From a virus, in UHGV virus genome UHGV-1397781: 32,449 bases of DNA; one strand, 5' to 3'. Position 1 is the first letter of the stretch, and each line of letters begins with the position of its first letter. The notes beneath the pieces were generated by a model. The model made no database searches. It had not been told where the DNA came from and saw only the letters and a program-made list of their open reading frames with translations. Both the position numbers and the translations under genes were made by a program. Below, piece after piece: positions 9,921 to 19,386 of the stretch.

Positions 9921-10214
9921 ATGGTTCGTGCAAACAAACGCAACGAGGCTCTACGAATCGAGAGTGCGTTGCTTAACAAAATCGCAATGCTTGGAACTGA
10001 GAAGACAGCGGAAGCTGTGGGCGTTGATAAGTCGCAGATCAGCAGGTGGAAGAGGGACTGGATTCCAAAGTTCTCAATGCTGCTTGCTGTTCTTGAATGG
10101 GGGGGCGTTGACGACGACATGGCTCGATTGGCGCGACAAGTTGCTGCGATTCTCACCAATAAAAAACGCCCGGCGGCAACCGAGCGTTCTGAACAAATCC
10201 AGATGGAGTTCTGA
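9921..10214 (+). CDS. cII: CII transcriptional activator
   Basis: Internal start MVRANKRNEALRIESALLNKIAMLGTEKTAEAVGVDKSQISRWKRDWIPKF (ATG 9921, AAGGA Shine-Dalgarno). Confidence 0.95.
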   Translation: MVRANKRNEALRIESALLNKIAMLGTEKTAEAVGVDKSQISRWKRDWIPKFSMLLAVLEWGGVDDDMARLARQVAAILTNKKRPAATERSEQIQMEF

Positions 10215-10246
10215 GGTCATTACTGGATCTATCAACAGGAGTCATT

Positions 10247-11146
10247 ATGACAAATACAGCAAAAATACTCAACTTCGGCAGAGGTAACTTTGCCGGACAG
10301 GAGCGTAATGTGGCAGATCTCGATGATGGTTACGCCAGACTATCAAATATGCTGCTTGAGGCTTATTCGGGCGCAGATCTGACCAAGCGACAGTTTAAAG
10401 TGCTGCTTGCCATTCTGCGTAAAACCTATGGGTGGAATAAACCAATGGACAGAATCACCGATTCTCAACTTAGCGAGATTACAAAGTTATCCGTCAAACG
10501 GTGCAATGAAGCCAAGTTAGAACTCGTCAGAATGAATATTATCAAGCAGCAAGGCGGCATGTTTGGACCAAATAAAAACATCTCAGAATGGTGCATCCCT
10601 CAAAACGAGGGAAAATCCCCTAAAACGAGGGATAAAACATCCCTCAAATTGGGGGATTGCTATCCCTCAAAACAGGGGGACACAAAAGACACTATTACAA
10701 AAGAAAAAAGAAAAGATTATTCGTCCGAGAATTCTGGCGAATCCTCTGACCAGCCAGAAAACGATCTTTCTGTGGTTAAACCGGATGCTGCAATTCAGAG
10801 CGGCAGCAAGTGGGGGACAGCAGAAGACCTGACCGCCGCAGAGTGGATGTTTGACATGGTGAAGACTATCGCACCATCAGCCAGAAAACCGAATTTTGCT
10901 GGGTGGGCTAACGATATCCGCCTGATGCGTGAACGTGACGGACGTAACCATCGCGACATGTGTGTACTGTTCCGCTGGGCATGCCAGGACAACTTCTGGT
11001 CCGGTAACGTGCTTAGCCCGGCCAAACTCCGCGACAAGTGGACCCAGCTCGAAATCAACCGTAACAAGCAACAGGCAGTCGTGACAGCCAGCAAACCAAA
11101 ACTCGACCTGACAAACACAGACTGGATTTACGGGGTGGATCTATGA
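10247..11146 (+). CDS. O: Replication initiator O
   Basis: 299-aa ORF MTNTAKILNFGRGNFAGQERNVADLDDGYARLSNMLLEAYSGADLTKRQFKVLLAILRKTYGWNKPM recognised as lambda O. Confidence 0.97.
   Translation: MTNTAKILNFGRGNFAGQERNVADLDDGYARLSNMLLEAYSGADLTKRQFKVLLAILRKTYGWNKPMDRITDSQLSEITKLSVKRCNEAKLELVRMNIIKQQGGMFGPNKNISEWCIPQNEGKSPKTRDKTSLKLGDCYPSKQGDTKDTITKEKRKDYSSENSGESSDQPENDLSVVKPDAAIQSGSKWGTAEDLTAAEWMFDMVKTIAPSARKPNFAGWANDIRLMRERDGRNHRDMCVLFRWACQDNFWSGNVLSPAKLRDKWTQLEINRNKQQAVVTASKPKLDLTNTDWIYGVDL
10594..10725 (+). repeat. ori-lambda: four O-binding iterons followed by an AT-rich unwinding region, inside the O gene
   Basis: Repeats atccctcaaaacgaggg, atcccctaaaacgaggg, atccctcaaattggggg, atccctcaaaacaggggg, then aaaagacactattacaaaagaaaaaagaaaag. 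Confidence 0.9.
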
Positions 11147-11844
11147 AAAACATCGCCGCACAGATGGTTAACTTTGACCGTGAGCAGATGCGTCGGATCG
11201 CCAACAACATGCCGGAACAGTACGACGAAAAGCCACAGGTACAGCAGGTAGCGCAGATCATCAACGGTGTGTTCAGCCAGTTACTGGCAACTTTCCCGGC
11301 GAGTCTGGCTAACCGTGACCAGAACGAACTGAACGAAATCCGCCGCCAGTGGGTTCTGGCTTTCCGGGAAAACGGGATCACCACAATGGAACAGGTTAAC
11401 GCAGGAATGCGCGTAGCCCGTCGGCAGAATCGACCATTTCTGCCATCACCCGGGCAGTTTGTTGCATGGTGCCGGGAAGAAGCATCCGTTATCGCCGGAC
11501 TGCCAAACGTCAGCGAGCTGGTTGATATGGTTTACGAGTATTGCCGGAAGCGAGGCCTGTATCCGGATGCGGAGTCTTATCCGTGGAAATCAAACGCGCA
11601 CTACTGGCTGGTTACCAACCTGTATCAGAACATGCGGGCCAATGCGCTTACTGATGCGGAATTACGGCGCAAGGCTGCCGATGAACTGACCTGTATGACA
11701 GCGCGAATTAACCGTGGTGAGACGATACCTGAACCAGTAAAACAACTTCCTGTTATGGGCGGTAGACCTCTAAATCGTGCACAGGCTCTGGCGAAGATCG
11801 CAGAAATTAAAGCTAAGTTCGGACTGAAAGGAGCAAGTGTATGA
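11143..11844 (+). CDS. P: Replication protein P (DnaB helicase loader)
   Basis: 233-aa ORF MKNIAAQMVNFDREQMRRIANNMPEQYDEKPQVQQVAQIINGVFSQLL recognised as lambda P; ATGA overlap with the O stop. Confidence 0.97.
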   Translation: MKNIAAQMVNFDREQMRRIANNMPEQYDEKPQVQQVAQIINGVFSQLLATFPASLANRDQNELNEIRRQWVLAFRENGITTMEQVNAGMRVARRQNRPFLPSPGQFVAWCREEASVIAGLPNVSELVDMVYEYCRKRGLYPDAESYPWKSNAHYWLVTNLYQNMRANALTDAELRRKAADELTCMTARINRGETIPEPVKQLPVMGGRPLNRAQALAKIAEIKAKFGLKGASV

Positions 11845-12131
11845 CGGGCAAAGAGGCAATTATTCATTACCTGGGGACGCATAATAGCTTCTGTGCGCCG
11901 GACGTTGCCGCGCTAACAGGCGCAACAGTAACCAGCATAAATCAGGCCGCGGCTAAAATGGCACGGGCAGGTCTTCTGGTTATCGAAGGTAAGGTCTGGC
12001 GAACGGTGTATTACCGGTTTGCTACCAAGGAAGAACGGGAAGGAAAGATGAGCACGAACCTGGTTTTTAAGGAGTGTCGCCAGAGTGCCGCGATGAAACG
12101 GGTATTGGCGGTATATGGAGTTAAAAGATGA
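11841..12131 (+). CDS. ren: Ren protein
   Basis: 96-aa ORF MTGKEAIIHYLGTHNSFCAPDVAALTGATVTSINQAAAKMARAGLLVIEGKVWRTVYYRF recognised as lambda Ren; ATGA overlap with the P stop. Confidence 0.9.
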   Translation: MTGKEAIIHYLGTHNSFCAPDVAALTGATVTSINQAAAKMARAGLLVIEGKVWRTVYYRFATKEEREGKMSTNLVFKECRQSAAMKRVLAVYGVKR

Positions 12132-12204
12132 CCATCTACATTACTGAGCTAATAACAGGCCTGCTGGTAATCGCAGGCCTTTTTATTTGGGGGAGAGGGA
12201 AGTC

Positions 12205-12645
12205 ATGAAAAAACTAACCTTTGAAATTCGATCTCCAGCACATCAGCAAAACGCTATTCACGCAGTACAGCAAATCCTTCCAGACCCAACCAAACCAATC
12301 GTAGTAACCATTCAGGAACGCAACCGCAGCTTAGACCAAAACAGGAAGCTATGGGCCTGCTTAGGTGACGTCTCTCGTCAGGTTGAATGGCATGGTCGCT
12401 GGCTGGATGCAGAAAGCTGGAAGTGTGTGTTTACCGCAGCATTAAAGCAGCAGGATGTTGTTCCTAACCTTGCCGGGAATGGCTTTGTGGTAATAGGCCA
12501 GTCAACCAGCAGGATGCGTGTAGGCGAATTTGCGGAGCTATTAGAGCTTATACAGGCATTCGGTACAGAGCGTGGCGTTAAGTGGTCAGACGAAGCGAGA
12601 CTGGCTCTGGAGTGGAAAGCGAGATGGGGAGATCGGGCTGCATGA
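12205..12645 (+). CDS. ninB: NinB recombination protein
   Basis: Internal start MKKLTFEIRSPAHQQNAIHAVQQILPDPTKPIVVTIQERNRSLDQNRKLWACLGDV recognised as lambda NinB. Confidence 0.9.
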   Translation: MKKLTFEIRSPAHQQNAIHAVQQILPDPTKPIVVTIQERNRSLDQNRKLWACLGDVSRQVEWHGRWLDAESWKCVFTAALKQQDVVPNLAGNGFVVIGQSTSRMRVGEFAELLELIQAFGTERGVKWSDEARLALEWKARWGDRAA

Positions 12646-13169
12646 CTATCAAATCAAATACGCCAGCACACGACAAGGACTGCTGGCAAACGCCGCTTTG
12701 GCTTTTTGATGCACTGGATATTGAGTTTGGATTCTGGCTGGATTCGGCAGCGAGCGACAAAAATGCTCTGTGTGCTCACTGGCTAACTGAGGCCGACGAC
12801 GCGCTCAATTCTGAGTGGGTAAGCCACGGTGCAATCTGGAATAACCCACCGTACAGCAATATCAGGCCGTGGGTGGAAAAAGCCGCTGAGCAGTGCATAC
12901 AACAGCGACAGACGGTAGTTATGCTTGTGCCAGAGGATATGTCAGTCGGATGGTTCAGCAAGGCTCTGGAGAGTGTCGACGAAGTTCGCATTATCACTGA
13001 TGGACGGATTAATTTTATCGAACCATCGACAGGGCTGGAGAAGAAGGGAAACAGCAAAGGCTCCATGCTGCTGATTTGGCGACCGTTCATCAGTCCTCGA
13101 CGGATGTTTACTACCGTATCCAAAGCGGCATTGATGGCGATCGGGCAGGGCGTCAGGAGGGCGGCATGA
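12642..13169 (+). CDS. Orphan phage-type DNA N6-adenine methyltransferase
   Basis: Start [26 protein letters not shown] (ATG 12642, ATGA overlap with the ninB stop); NPPY catalytic motif ([10 protein letters not shown]); occupies the lambda ninC position. Confidence 0.75.
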   Translation: MTIKSNTPAHDKDCWQTPLWLFDALDIEFGFWLDSAASDKNALCAHWLTEADDALNSEWVSHGAIWNNPPYSNIRPWVEKAAEQCIQQRQTVVMLVPEDMSVGWFSKALESVDEVRIITDGRINFIEPSTGLEKKGNSKGSMLLIWRPFISPRRMFTTVSKAALMAIGQGVRRAA

Positions 13170-13342
13170 GGCGACAGCGACGAAGTTTCACCGACATCAT
13201 CTGCGAAAACTGCAAATACCTTCCAACGAAACGCTCCAGAAATAAACGCAAGCCAATCCCAAAAGAATCTGACGTAAAAACCTTCAATTACACAGCTCAC
13301 CTGTGGGATATCCGGTGGCTAAGATATCGTGCGAGGAAATGA
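13166..13342 (+). CDS. NinD/NinE-like small Cys-containing protein
   Basis: [58 protein letters not shown]; ATGA overlap with the methyltransferase stop; unsure whether the homolog is named ninD or ninE. Confidence 0.75.
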   Translation: MRRQRRSFTDIICENCKYLPTKRSRNKRKPIPKESDVKTFNYTAHLWDIRWLRYRARK

Positions 13343-13686
13343 CAATGGATTATTCACAGTTAAGTGATTTTGAAATTAACAGAATGGTAGGAGACATAAT
13401 TTTTAAAGGCCTTTGGGCAAGTAAACCGGAAACATCAGGGAATAACACCAACAAATGGTATTACGGAAATGCTGATACAACTTTTGAGCCATTAAATCAT
13501 TTGCCTGACTACTGCAATGATCCGAGCGCTTCATGGCCGATTATTGAGAAATACAGGATTTCTATCTTAGACCAGTTAACTGAATGGTGTGTGGATGCAA
13601 AAGGCGTAAGCCCAATATTTGATACCAGACCTCTCCGCGCCGCCATGATTGTCTTTCTCCTGATGCAGGAGGCCAATAATGCTTAG
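13339..13686 (+). CDS. Hypothetical nin-region protein
   Basis: ORF starting [24 protein letters not shown]; ATG 13339 overlaps the upstream stop (ATGA); an alternative ATG at 13345 has a GAGGA Shine-Dalgarno; no recognised family. Confidence 0.5.
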   Translation: MTMDYSQLSDFEINRMVGDIIFKGLWASKPETSGNNTNKWYYGNADTTFEPLNHLPDYCNDPSASWPIIEKYRISILDQLTEWCVDAKGVSPIFDTRPLRAAMIVFLLMQEANNA

Positions 13687-13873
13687 CCCATCTCAATCCC
13701 TTCAATACCTGAAAGGAAGCATAGAGCGGGCTTCAATGTGCACAGAGTGGATTCTATCTAGGTTTAGCGCATACAGAAGATTGCCGGTAAAGGGCATGCC
13801 AAGCAAGTCGATGCTGCATATGCAAAAGAATGCGCGCTGGAAGGTATGGCGAGAACACAGGTTATCTGGCTGA
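13679..13873 (+). CDS. Small hypothetical protein with NinF-like N-terminus and divergent C-terminus
   Basis: First ~18 residues [18 protein letters not shown] resemble lambda NinF, the remainder does not; the other forward frames are closed, so this is not a simple frameshift. Confidence 0.4.
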   Translation: MLSPSQSLQYLKGSIERASMCTEWILSRFSAYRRLPVKGMPSKSMLHMQKNARWKVWREHRLSG

Positions 13874-13892
13874 AAGAGGGGGTTATTAAGGC

Positions 13893-14255
13893 GTGAATAC
13901 CTACAGCATCACATTACCCTGGCCTCCGAGCAATAACCGCTACTACCGGCATAATCGCGGGCGCACGCACATCAGCGCAGAAGGGCAGGCATACCGTGAT
14001 AACGTCGCCCGAATCATTAAAAACGCAATGCTGGATATCGGCCTGGCTATGCCTGTGAAAATCCGCATTGAGTGCCACATGCCGGATCGCCGTCGCCGTG
14101 ACCTGGATAATCTGCAAAAAGCCGCTTTTGACGCACTCACTAAAGCAGGTTTCTGGCTGGATGATGCTCAGGTCGTTGATTACCGCGTTGTGAAGATGCC
14201 TGTTACCAAAGGTGGGAGGCTGGAACTGACCATCACCGAAATGGGGAATGAATGA
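13893..14255 (+). CDS. rusA: RusA Holliday-junction resolvase
   Basis: 120-aa [101 protein letters not shown] recognised as RusA. Confidence 0.95.
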   Translation: MNTYSITLPWPPSNNRYYRHNRGRTHISAEGQAYRDNVARIIKNAMLDIGLAMPVKIRIECHMPDRRRRDLDNLQKAAFDALTKAGFWLDDAQVVDYRVVKMPVTKGGRLELTITEMGNE

Positions 14256-14392
14256 TGTTTGAGTTTAATATGGCAGAACTTCTTCGCCACCGCTGGGGGC
14301 GTCTGCGCTTATATCGTTTCCCCGGTTCTGTTTTGACCGATTACCGAATACTGAAGAATTACGCCAAAACCCTGACAGGAGCAGGAGTATGA
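14252..14392 (+). CDS. ylcG: YlcG-like small protein (46 aa)
   Basis: Not in the ORF track. Manual translation from ATG 14252 (ATGA overlap with the rusA stop) gives [46 protein letters not shown]. Confidence 0.75.
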   Translation: MMFEFNMAELLRHRWGRLRLYRFPGSVLTDYRILKNYAKTLTGAGV

Positions 14393-14477
14393 AGTCAGAG
14401 ATAACAATCAACTAATACTGTTTTGTTGATTTTTGCTTGTAATTGGCGTTTTGGTCTGATTTTTGTGGAGTAAGTTG

Positions 14478-14861
14478 ATGCGTGATATTCAGATGGTTCT
14501 TGAGCGTTGGGGAGCGTGGGCGGCTAATAATCATGAAGATGTGACCTGGTCGTCCATTGCCGCCGGTTTTAAGGGATTAATTCCTTCAAAAGTAAAATCT
14601 CGCCCGCAATGTTGTGACGATGACGCGATGATCATTTGCGGGTGCATGGCCCGTCTGAAAAAGAACAACAGCGATTTGCACGATTTATTAGTAGATTATT
14701 ATATAGTCGGTATGACATTCATGTCACTGGCAGGTAAGCATTGCTGCTCTGATGGTTATATCGGGAAAAGGTTACAAAAGGCTGAGGGCATAATTGAAGG
14801 GATGTTAATGGCATTAGATATCCGGTTAGAGATGGATATCGTTGTTAATAACTCTAATTAA
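14478..14861 (+). CDS. Q: Late-gene antiterminator Q, DLP12 QuuD / phage 82 type
   Basis: Internal start [60 protein letters not shown] (ATG 14478, GGAG Shine-Dalgarno). Confidence 0.9.
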   Translation: MRDIQMVLERWGAWAANNHEDVTWSSIAAGFKGLIPSKVKSRPQCCDDDAMIICGCMARLKKNNSDLHDLLVDYYIVGMTFMSLAGKHCCSDGYIGKRLQKAEGIIEGMLMALDIRLEMDIVVNNSN

Positions 14862-15049
14862 TACGCCAATTATTTACTAAAAGTTATTAAAAATGGGGCG
14901 TTGAAACGCCCCCAAAAATAAAGGGTAATATATAACAGAAGGTTTATATAGTTAGAAGCAAGGTTGTGCTTCTAAAGGAAGTGGCTTGAGGGAGCCACTT
15001 ATATGTTGGGGAGGCAAAGCCTCCCACAACATATCTTTTAGTAATCAAA
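14862..15049. promoter_or_regulatory. Structured intergenic region between Q and the antisense porin: candidate pR'/qut/tR' and/or porin 3' terminators
   Basis: Four consecutive hairpins: ggggcg-ttgaaa-cgcccc (14895-14912), agaagca-aggttg-tgcttct (14954-14973), agtggct-tgaggg-agccact (~14980-15000), ggggaggc-aaa-gcctccc (~15005-15029, followed by cttttag); promoter elements not confidently placed. Confidence 0.35.
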
Positions 15050-16132
15050 TTAGAACTGGTAAACCATACCTACAGCAACGATATCATCGGTAGCAACGCC
15101 AGATGCTTTCGTGAAATCGCTCTTATCAATCAGGTTGATTTTGTAGTCAACAAAAGTGGACATATTTTTGTTGAAGTAATAGGTTGCACCTACATCAACA
15201 TATTCAACCAGGTCCTGATCACCCCAAACACCCAAGTCTTTTCCTTTAGAATGCAGGTAAGCAACGGATGGACGCAGGCCGAAGTCGAACTGATATTGTG
15301 CAACAGCTTCGAAGTTTTGTGCTTTGTTGGCAATATGGTTATTACCAAAAACAGTCATGTTCTGGGTTTCAGAATAGGTGGTGGCCAGATAGATGTTGTT
15401 CGCATCATATTTCAGACCAGCTGCCCATACTTCAGCATTTTGACCAGAAGCATTCAGACCGTTGTTACCGTAGATAACCTGATTATTAGCGCGATCAGAT
15501 TTAGCATAGGTTGCACCCACGCCGAATCCTTCATACTCATAAGTAGTTGAGAAACCGAAACCATCGCCATTAGCTTCAGTTACTTCATTTCGGTCATTTT
15601 TGCCCTGATACTGAGCTGCAAAGTTCAGGCCATCAACCAGACCAAAGAAGTCGTTGTTACGATAAGTTGCAACACCAGTGGTGCGACCAGTCATGAACAC
15701 ATCTGTTTGGGTCCAGGTATCGCCACCGAATTCTGGCAGAACGTCAGTCCACGCACCGATGTCGTATGCTACACCGTAGTTACGGCCGTAATCGATTGAG
15801 CCGTAGTCACCGAATTTCAGGCCTGCAAATGCAAGACGGGTTTTGTCTTTGGAGGAACCTTGAGATTCAGCGCGGTTGCCTTTGAATTCATATTCCCACT
15901 GACCGAAACCAGTCAGTTGATCGTTGATTTGGGTTTCACCTTTGAAGCCAAGACGGGCATAAGTAGTATCACCATCATCTGCATCATTAGAGGAGAAGTA
16001 GTGCTTAGCATTAACTTTCCCGTACAGATCCAGCTTGTTACTGTCTTTATTATAAATTTCAGCTGCCTGAGCAGACATCGCCATCAGTACTGATGCAGCT
16101 ACAGCAGAAATTGCCACTGTTAATTTTTTCAT
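15050..16132 (-). CDS. nmpC: OmpC/OmpF-family outer-membrane porin (NmpC/Lc-like), prophage-encoded
   Basis: 360-aa ORF with signal peptide [23 protein letters not shown], porin hallmarks ([25 protein letters not shown]-terminal YQF); sits between Q and the lysis genes on the opposite strand, as nmpC does in DLP12. Confidence 0.93.
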   Translation of the reverse strand: MKKLTVAISAVAASVLMAMSAQAAEIYNKDSNKLDLYGKVNAKHYFSSNDADDGDTTYARLGFKGETQINDQLTGFGQWEYEFKGNRAESQGSSKDKTRLAFAGLKFGDYGSIDYGRNYGVAYDIGAWTDVLPEFGGDTWTQTDVFMTGRTTGVATYRNNDFFGLVDGLNFAAQYQGKNDRNEVTEANGDGFGFSTTYEYEGFGVGATYAKSDRANNQVIYGNNGLNASGQNAEVWAAGLKYDANNIYLATTYSETQNMTVFGNNHIANKAQNFEAVAQYQFDFGLRPSVAYLHSKGKDLGVWGDQDLVEYVDVGATYYFNKNMSTFVDYKINLIDKSDFTKASGVATDDIVAVGMVYQF

Positions 16133-16560
16133 CGTGAGCCCTTTTTTTTGAACTATTATTAAAAAATGATGTCACTGCGCGATAAATATTCATCTAATCA
16201 ATGTGATTATTTCAAGATGTAAGTTTTGGTTTCTCGTTTGATTTGTGAAGTAGATCTCTATTTTTATCTGAACTTTTTTCTATCGAATCCTATTCATAGC
16301 TCTTGGCTGAATAAAAATAAATCTATTAGCCAATTTATATTAACGGCTGTTATTTATAAGTGCTCTATAATTTGAAGGTTCAATTTAAATCGGCTAAAAA
16401 TAACACTGGAAATTATTTGTTGGTTATTTGTTGAGATTTGCTTATGTATTTGTAGTGGTGTTTTCAATACTCGGTAGCATTCTCGCAAATATCATTTAGT
16501 GGTTTACGTACGTAAAAAATTGGTTATGCTGTTAAGAGTGGTTACTTCGTCACACAGCTT

Positions 16561-16592
16561 AAACCCGCCGTCGAGCGGGTTTTTCCATTTTT
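16561..16592 (+). terminator. Candidate rho-independent terminator (possible tR') about 110 bp upstream of the holin gene
   Basis: aaacccgc-cgtcga-gcgggttt stem-loop followed by ttccatttttt on the plus strand. Confidence 0.45.
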
Positions 16593-16705
16593 TGAGTCTC
16601 GATATTAGCTGATAACCCAATACCTGAGTTATTCACTGACTCCGAGTCTGTTACGTTTCGTAGTATTCCCTCAATTTACACCCGCTTTGTCTGCGAGGTG
16701 GGGTT

Positions 16706-16921
16706 ATGAAATCCATGGATAAGTTAACAACGGGTGTCGCCTATGGCACCTCAGCAGGTAGTGCCGGGTACTGGTTTTTACAGCTGCTAGATAAAGTCAC
16801 GCCCTCACAGTGGGCGGCAATTGGAGTGCTGGGTAGCCTGGTATTTGGCCTGCTGACGTACCTGACAAACCTTTATTTCAAGATTAAAGAAGATAAGCGT
16901 AAGGCTGCGAGAGGTGAATAA
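16706..16921 (+). CDS. S: Class II holin, phage 21 S21 pinholin type
   Basis: 71-aa [74 protein letters not shown]; M-K-S-M dual-start motif. Confidence 0.9.
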
Positions 16922-17418
16922 TGTCGCCATCATTACGCAAGGCTGTAGCAGCTGCTATTGGTGGTGGGGCTGTTGCCATAGCGTCTGTGCTCATCACTGG
17001 TCCGAGTGGTGACGATGGTCTGGAAGGTGTCAGCTACATACCATATAAAGATATTGTTGGTGTATGGACTGTATGTCACGGGCATACAGGAAAAGACATC
17101 ATGCTCGGTAAAACGTATACCAAAGCAGAATGCAAAGCACTCTTGAATAAAGACCTTGCCACTGTCGCCAGACAAATTAACCCGTACATCAAAGTCGATA
17201 TACCGGAAACAACGCGCGGCGCTCTTTACTCATTCGTTTACAACGTGGGTGCTGGCAATTTCAGAACATCGACGCTTCTTCGCAAAATAAACCAGGGCGA
17301 TATCAAAGGCGCATGTGATCAGCTACGTCGCTGGACATATGCTGGCGGTAAGCAATGGAAAGGTCTCATGACTCGTCGTGAGATTGAGCGTGAAATCTGT
17401 TTGTGGGGTCAGCAATGA
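16921..17418 (+). CDS. R: SAR endolysin (lysozyme with N-terminal signal-anchor-release domain)
   Basis: 165-aa ORF with hydrophobic Gly/Ala-rich N-terminus ([20 protein letters not shown]) followed by a lysozyme-like domain; start overlaps the holin stop. Confidence 0.9.
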   Translation: MSPSLRKAVAAAIGGGAVAIASVLITGPSGDDGLEGVSYIPYKDIVGVWTVCHGHTGKDIMLGKTYTKAECKALLNKDLATVARQINPYIKVDIPETTRGALYSFVYNVGAGNFRTSTLLRKINQGDIKGACDQLRRWTYAGGKQWKGLMTRREIEREICLWGQQ

Positions 17419-17876
17419 ACAGAGTAACCGCGATTATCTCCGCTCTGGTTATCTGCATCATCGTCTGCCTGTCATGGGCTGTTAATCATTACCGTGATAA
17501 CGCCATTACCTACAAAGCCCAGCGCGACAAAAATGCCAGAGAACTGAAGCTGGCGAACGCGGCAATTACTGACATGCAGATGCGTCAGCGTGATGTTGCT
17601 GCGCTCGATGCAAAATACACGAAGGAGTTAGCTGATGCGAAAGCTGAAAATGATGCTCTGCGTGATGATGTTGCCGCTGGTCGTCGTCGGTTGCACATCA
17701 AAGCAGTCTGTCAGTCAGTGCGTGAAGCCACCACCGCCTCCGGCGTGGATAATGCAGCCTCCCCCCGACTGGCAGACACCGCTGAACGGGATTATTTCAC
17801 CCTCAGAGAGAGGCTGATCACTATGCAAAAACAACTGGAAGGAACCCAGAAGTATATTAATGAGCAGTGCAGATAG
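17415..17876 (+). CDS. Rz: Rz i-spanin
   Basis: Start [19 protein letters not shown] (ATG 17415, ATGA overlap with the endolysin stop); N-terminal transmembrane segment then coiled-coil. Confidence 0.9.
   Translation: MNRVTAIISALVICIIVCLSWAVNHYRDNAITYKAQRDKNARELKLANAAITDMQMRQRDVAALDAKYTKELADAKAENDALRDDVAAGRRRLHIKAVCQSVREATTASGVDNAASPRLADTAERDYFTLRERLITMQKQLEGTQKYINEQCR
17635..17817 (+). CDS. Rz1: Rz1 o-spanin lipoprotein, embedded in the +1 frame of Rz
   Basis: 60-aa [27 protein letters not shown] with lipobox (VVGC) and proline-rich segment [15 protein letters not shown], wholly inside Rz. Confidence 0.85.
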   Translation: MRKLKMMLCVMMLPLVVVGCTSKQSVSQCVKPPPPPAWIMQPPPDWQTPLNGIISPSERG

Positions 17877-17907
17877 AGCTGCCCATATCGATGGGCAACT
17901 CATGCAA

Positions 17908-18201
17908 TTATTGTGAGCAATACACACGCGCTTCCAGCGGAGTATAAATGCCTAAAGTAATAAAACCGAGAAATCCATTTACGAATGTTTGCTGGGTTTC
18001 TGTTTTAACAACATTTTCTGCGCCGCCACAAATTTGGGCTGCATCAACAGTTTTCTCCTGTCCAATTCCCGAAACGAAGAAATGATGGGTGATGGTTTCC
18101 TTTGGTGTTACTGCTGTCGGTTTGTTTCCAACAGTAAACGTCTGTTGAGCACATCCTGTAATAAGCATTGCCAGAGCGGCAGAAAACAACATTTTTTTCA
18201 T
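17908..18201 (-). CDS. bor: Bor lipoprotein (serum-resistance lysogenic conversion factor)
   Basis: Internal start MKKMLFSAALAMLITGCAQQTFTVGNKPTAVTPKETITHHFFVSGIGQ (ATG 18199-18201, AGGA Shine-Dalgarno), recognised as lambda Bor. Confidence 0.9.
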   Translation of the reverse strand: MKKMLFSAALAMLITGCAQQTFTVGNKPTAVTPKETITHHFFVSGIGQEKTVDAAQICGGAENVVKTETQQTFVNGFLGFITLGIYTPLEARVYCSQ

Positions 18202-18367
18202 CTTATTATCCTGCATTGTTAAAAACGGCAGAATCCTATGTGACAACAATTAAACGATAGTTAAATGGATTGATGAAAATTAAAACTATATAGGTGGATG
18301 CTCAGCCTATTGGAGGAGGGGGGCACTCAGAATCCTGTGGAATGAAATAAACCGCTCTATCTGTCCA

Positions 18368-18592
18368 TTACCCTTTTAGCTGCGCTGTATCGTCGCCGTA
18401 TTCCCGCATTAACCATGACCGTAGCCCGACGGGGAATTCCTTCTGCGTGAGTGTGCGGGAATAATCAAAAACGATGCACACCGGGTTTTTACCGCGTTTA
18501 TGGTTCGCGGGGGTGTCCCTCATGCTCGCCAGTCCTGTGCGGGGGTGGAAGAAACAGGACGTGTATTCAGGTCTGTGTGACTGTGGTCGCAA
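18368..18592 (-). CDS. Hypothetical ORF between bor and cos
   Basis: 74-aa ORF in a region where lambda also carries a small conserved ORF; no functional evidence. Confidence 0.3.
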   Translation of the reverse strand: MRPQSHRPEYTSCFFHPRTGLASMRDTPANHKRGKNPVCIVFDYSRTLTQKEFPVGLRSWLMREYGDDTAQLKG

Positions 18593-18677
18593 GACTTTTG
18601 TCGTTCAGCTATTAAATCCCATTACGAAGTAGACCAGAACGGCCAACGGGTCCTTTCCGGCGATCCGACAGGTTACG

Positions 18678-18689
18678 GGGCGGCGACCT
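18678..18689. other. cos site: cosN 12-nt cohesive end GGGCGGCGACCT (cosQ to the left, cosB to the right)
   Basis: acgggtcctttccggcgatccgacaggttacg-gggcggcgacct-cgcgggttttcgctatttatgaaaattttccgg matches the lambda genome ends. Confidence 0.92.
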
Positions 18690-18866
18690 CGCGGGTTTTC
18701 GCTATTTATGAAAATTTTCCGGTTTAAGGTGTTTCCGTTCTTCTTCGTCGTAACTTAATGTTTTTATTTAAAATACCCCCTGAAAAGAAAGGAAACGACA
18801 GGTGCTGAAAGCGGGCTTTTTGGCCTTTGTCGTTTCCTTTCTCTGTTTTTGTCCGTGGAATGAACA

Positions 18867-19386
18867 ATGGAAGTCAACAAAAAGCAGCTGGCTGACATTT
18901 TCGGTGCGAGTATCCGTACCATTCAGAACTGGCAGGAACAGGGAATGCCCGTTCTGCGAGGCGGTGGCAAGGGTAATGAGGTGCTTTATGACTCTGCCGC
19001 CGTCATAAAATGGTATGCCGAAAGGGATGCTGAAATTGAGAACGAAAAGCTGCGCCGGGAGGTTGAAGAACTGCGGCAGGCCAGCGAGGCAGATCTCCAG
19101 CCAGGGACTATTGAGTACGAACGCCATCGACTTACGCGTGCGCAGGCCGACGCACAGGAACTGAAGAATGCCAGAGACTCCGCTGAAGTGGTGGAAACCG
19201 CATTCTGTACTTTCGTGTTGTCGCGGATCGCAGGTGAAATTGCCAGTATTCTCGACGGGATCCCCCTGTCGGTGCAGCGGCGTTTTCCGGAACTGGAAAA
19301 CCGACATGTTGATTTCCTGAAACGGGATATCATCAAAGCCATGAACAAAGCAGCCGCGCTGGATGAACTGATACCGGGGTTGCTGA

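Noticed and set aside
10563-10832. Alternative-frame ORF inside O, and the question of whether the repeats at 10594-10682 are a CRISPR array
   Set aside because: The repeats are the four ori-lambda iterons inside the O gene, with no spacer-repeat regularity; the alternative-frame ORF is an artefact of the repeat region
13303-13342. Upstream extension of the 13339-13686 ORF to the start given in the ORF track
   Set aside because: The extension overlaps the NinE-like gene in another frame; the ATGA-coupled ATG at 13339 or the Shine-Dalgarno-led ATG at 13345 are more plausible starts
16133-16705. About 570 bp AT-rich region with no long ORF, considered for a small toxin, small RNA or second cargo gene
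   Set aside because: No ORF with a credible start and ribosome-binding site found by eye; best explained as the porin promoter and leader plus late-operon regulatory sequence, though small RNAs cannot be excluded without expression data
17989-18222. Plus-strand 77-aa ORF overlapping bor
   Set aside because: Antisense to bor, which has a clear lipoprotein signal and Shine-Dalgarno
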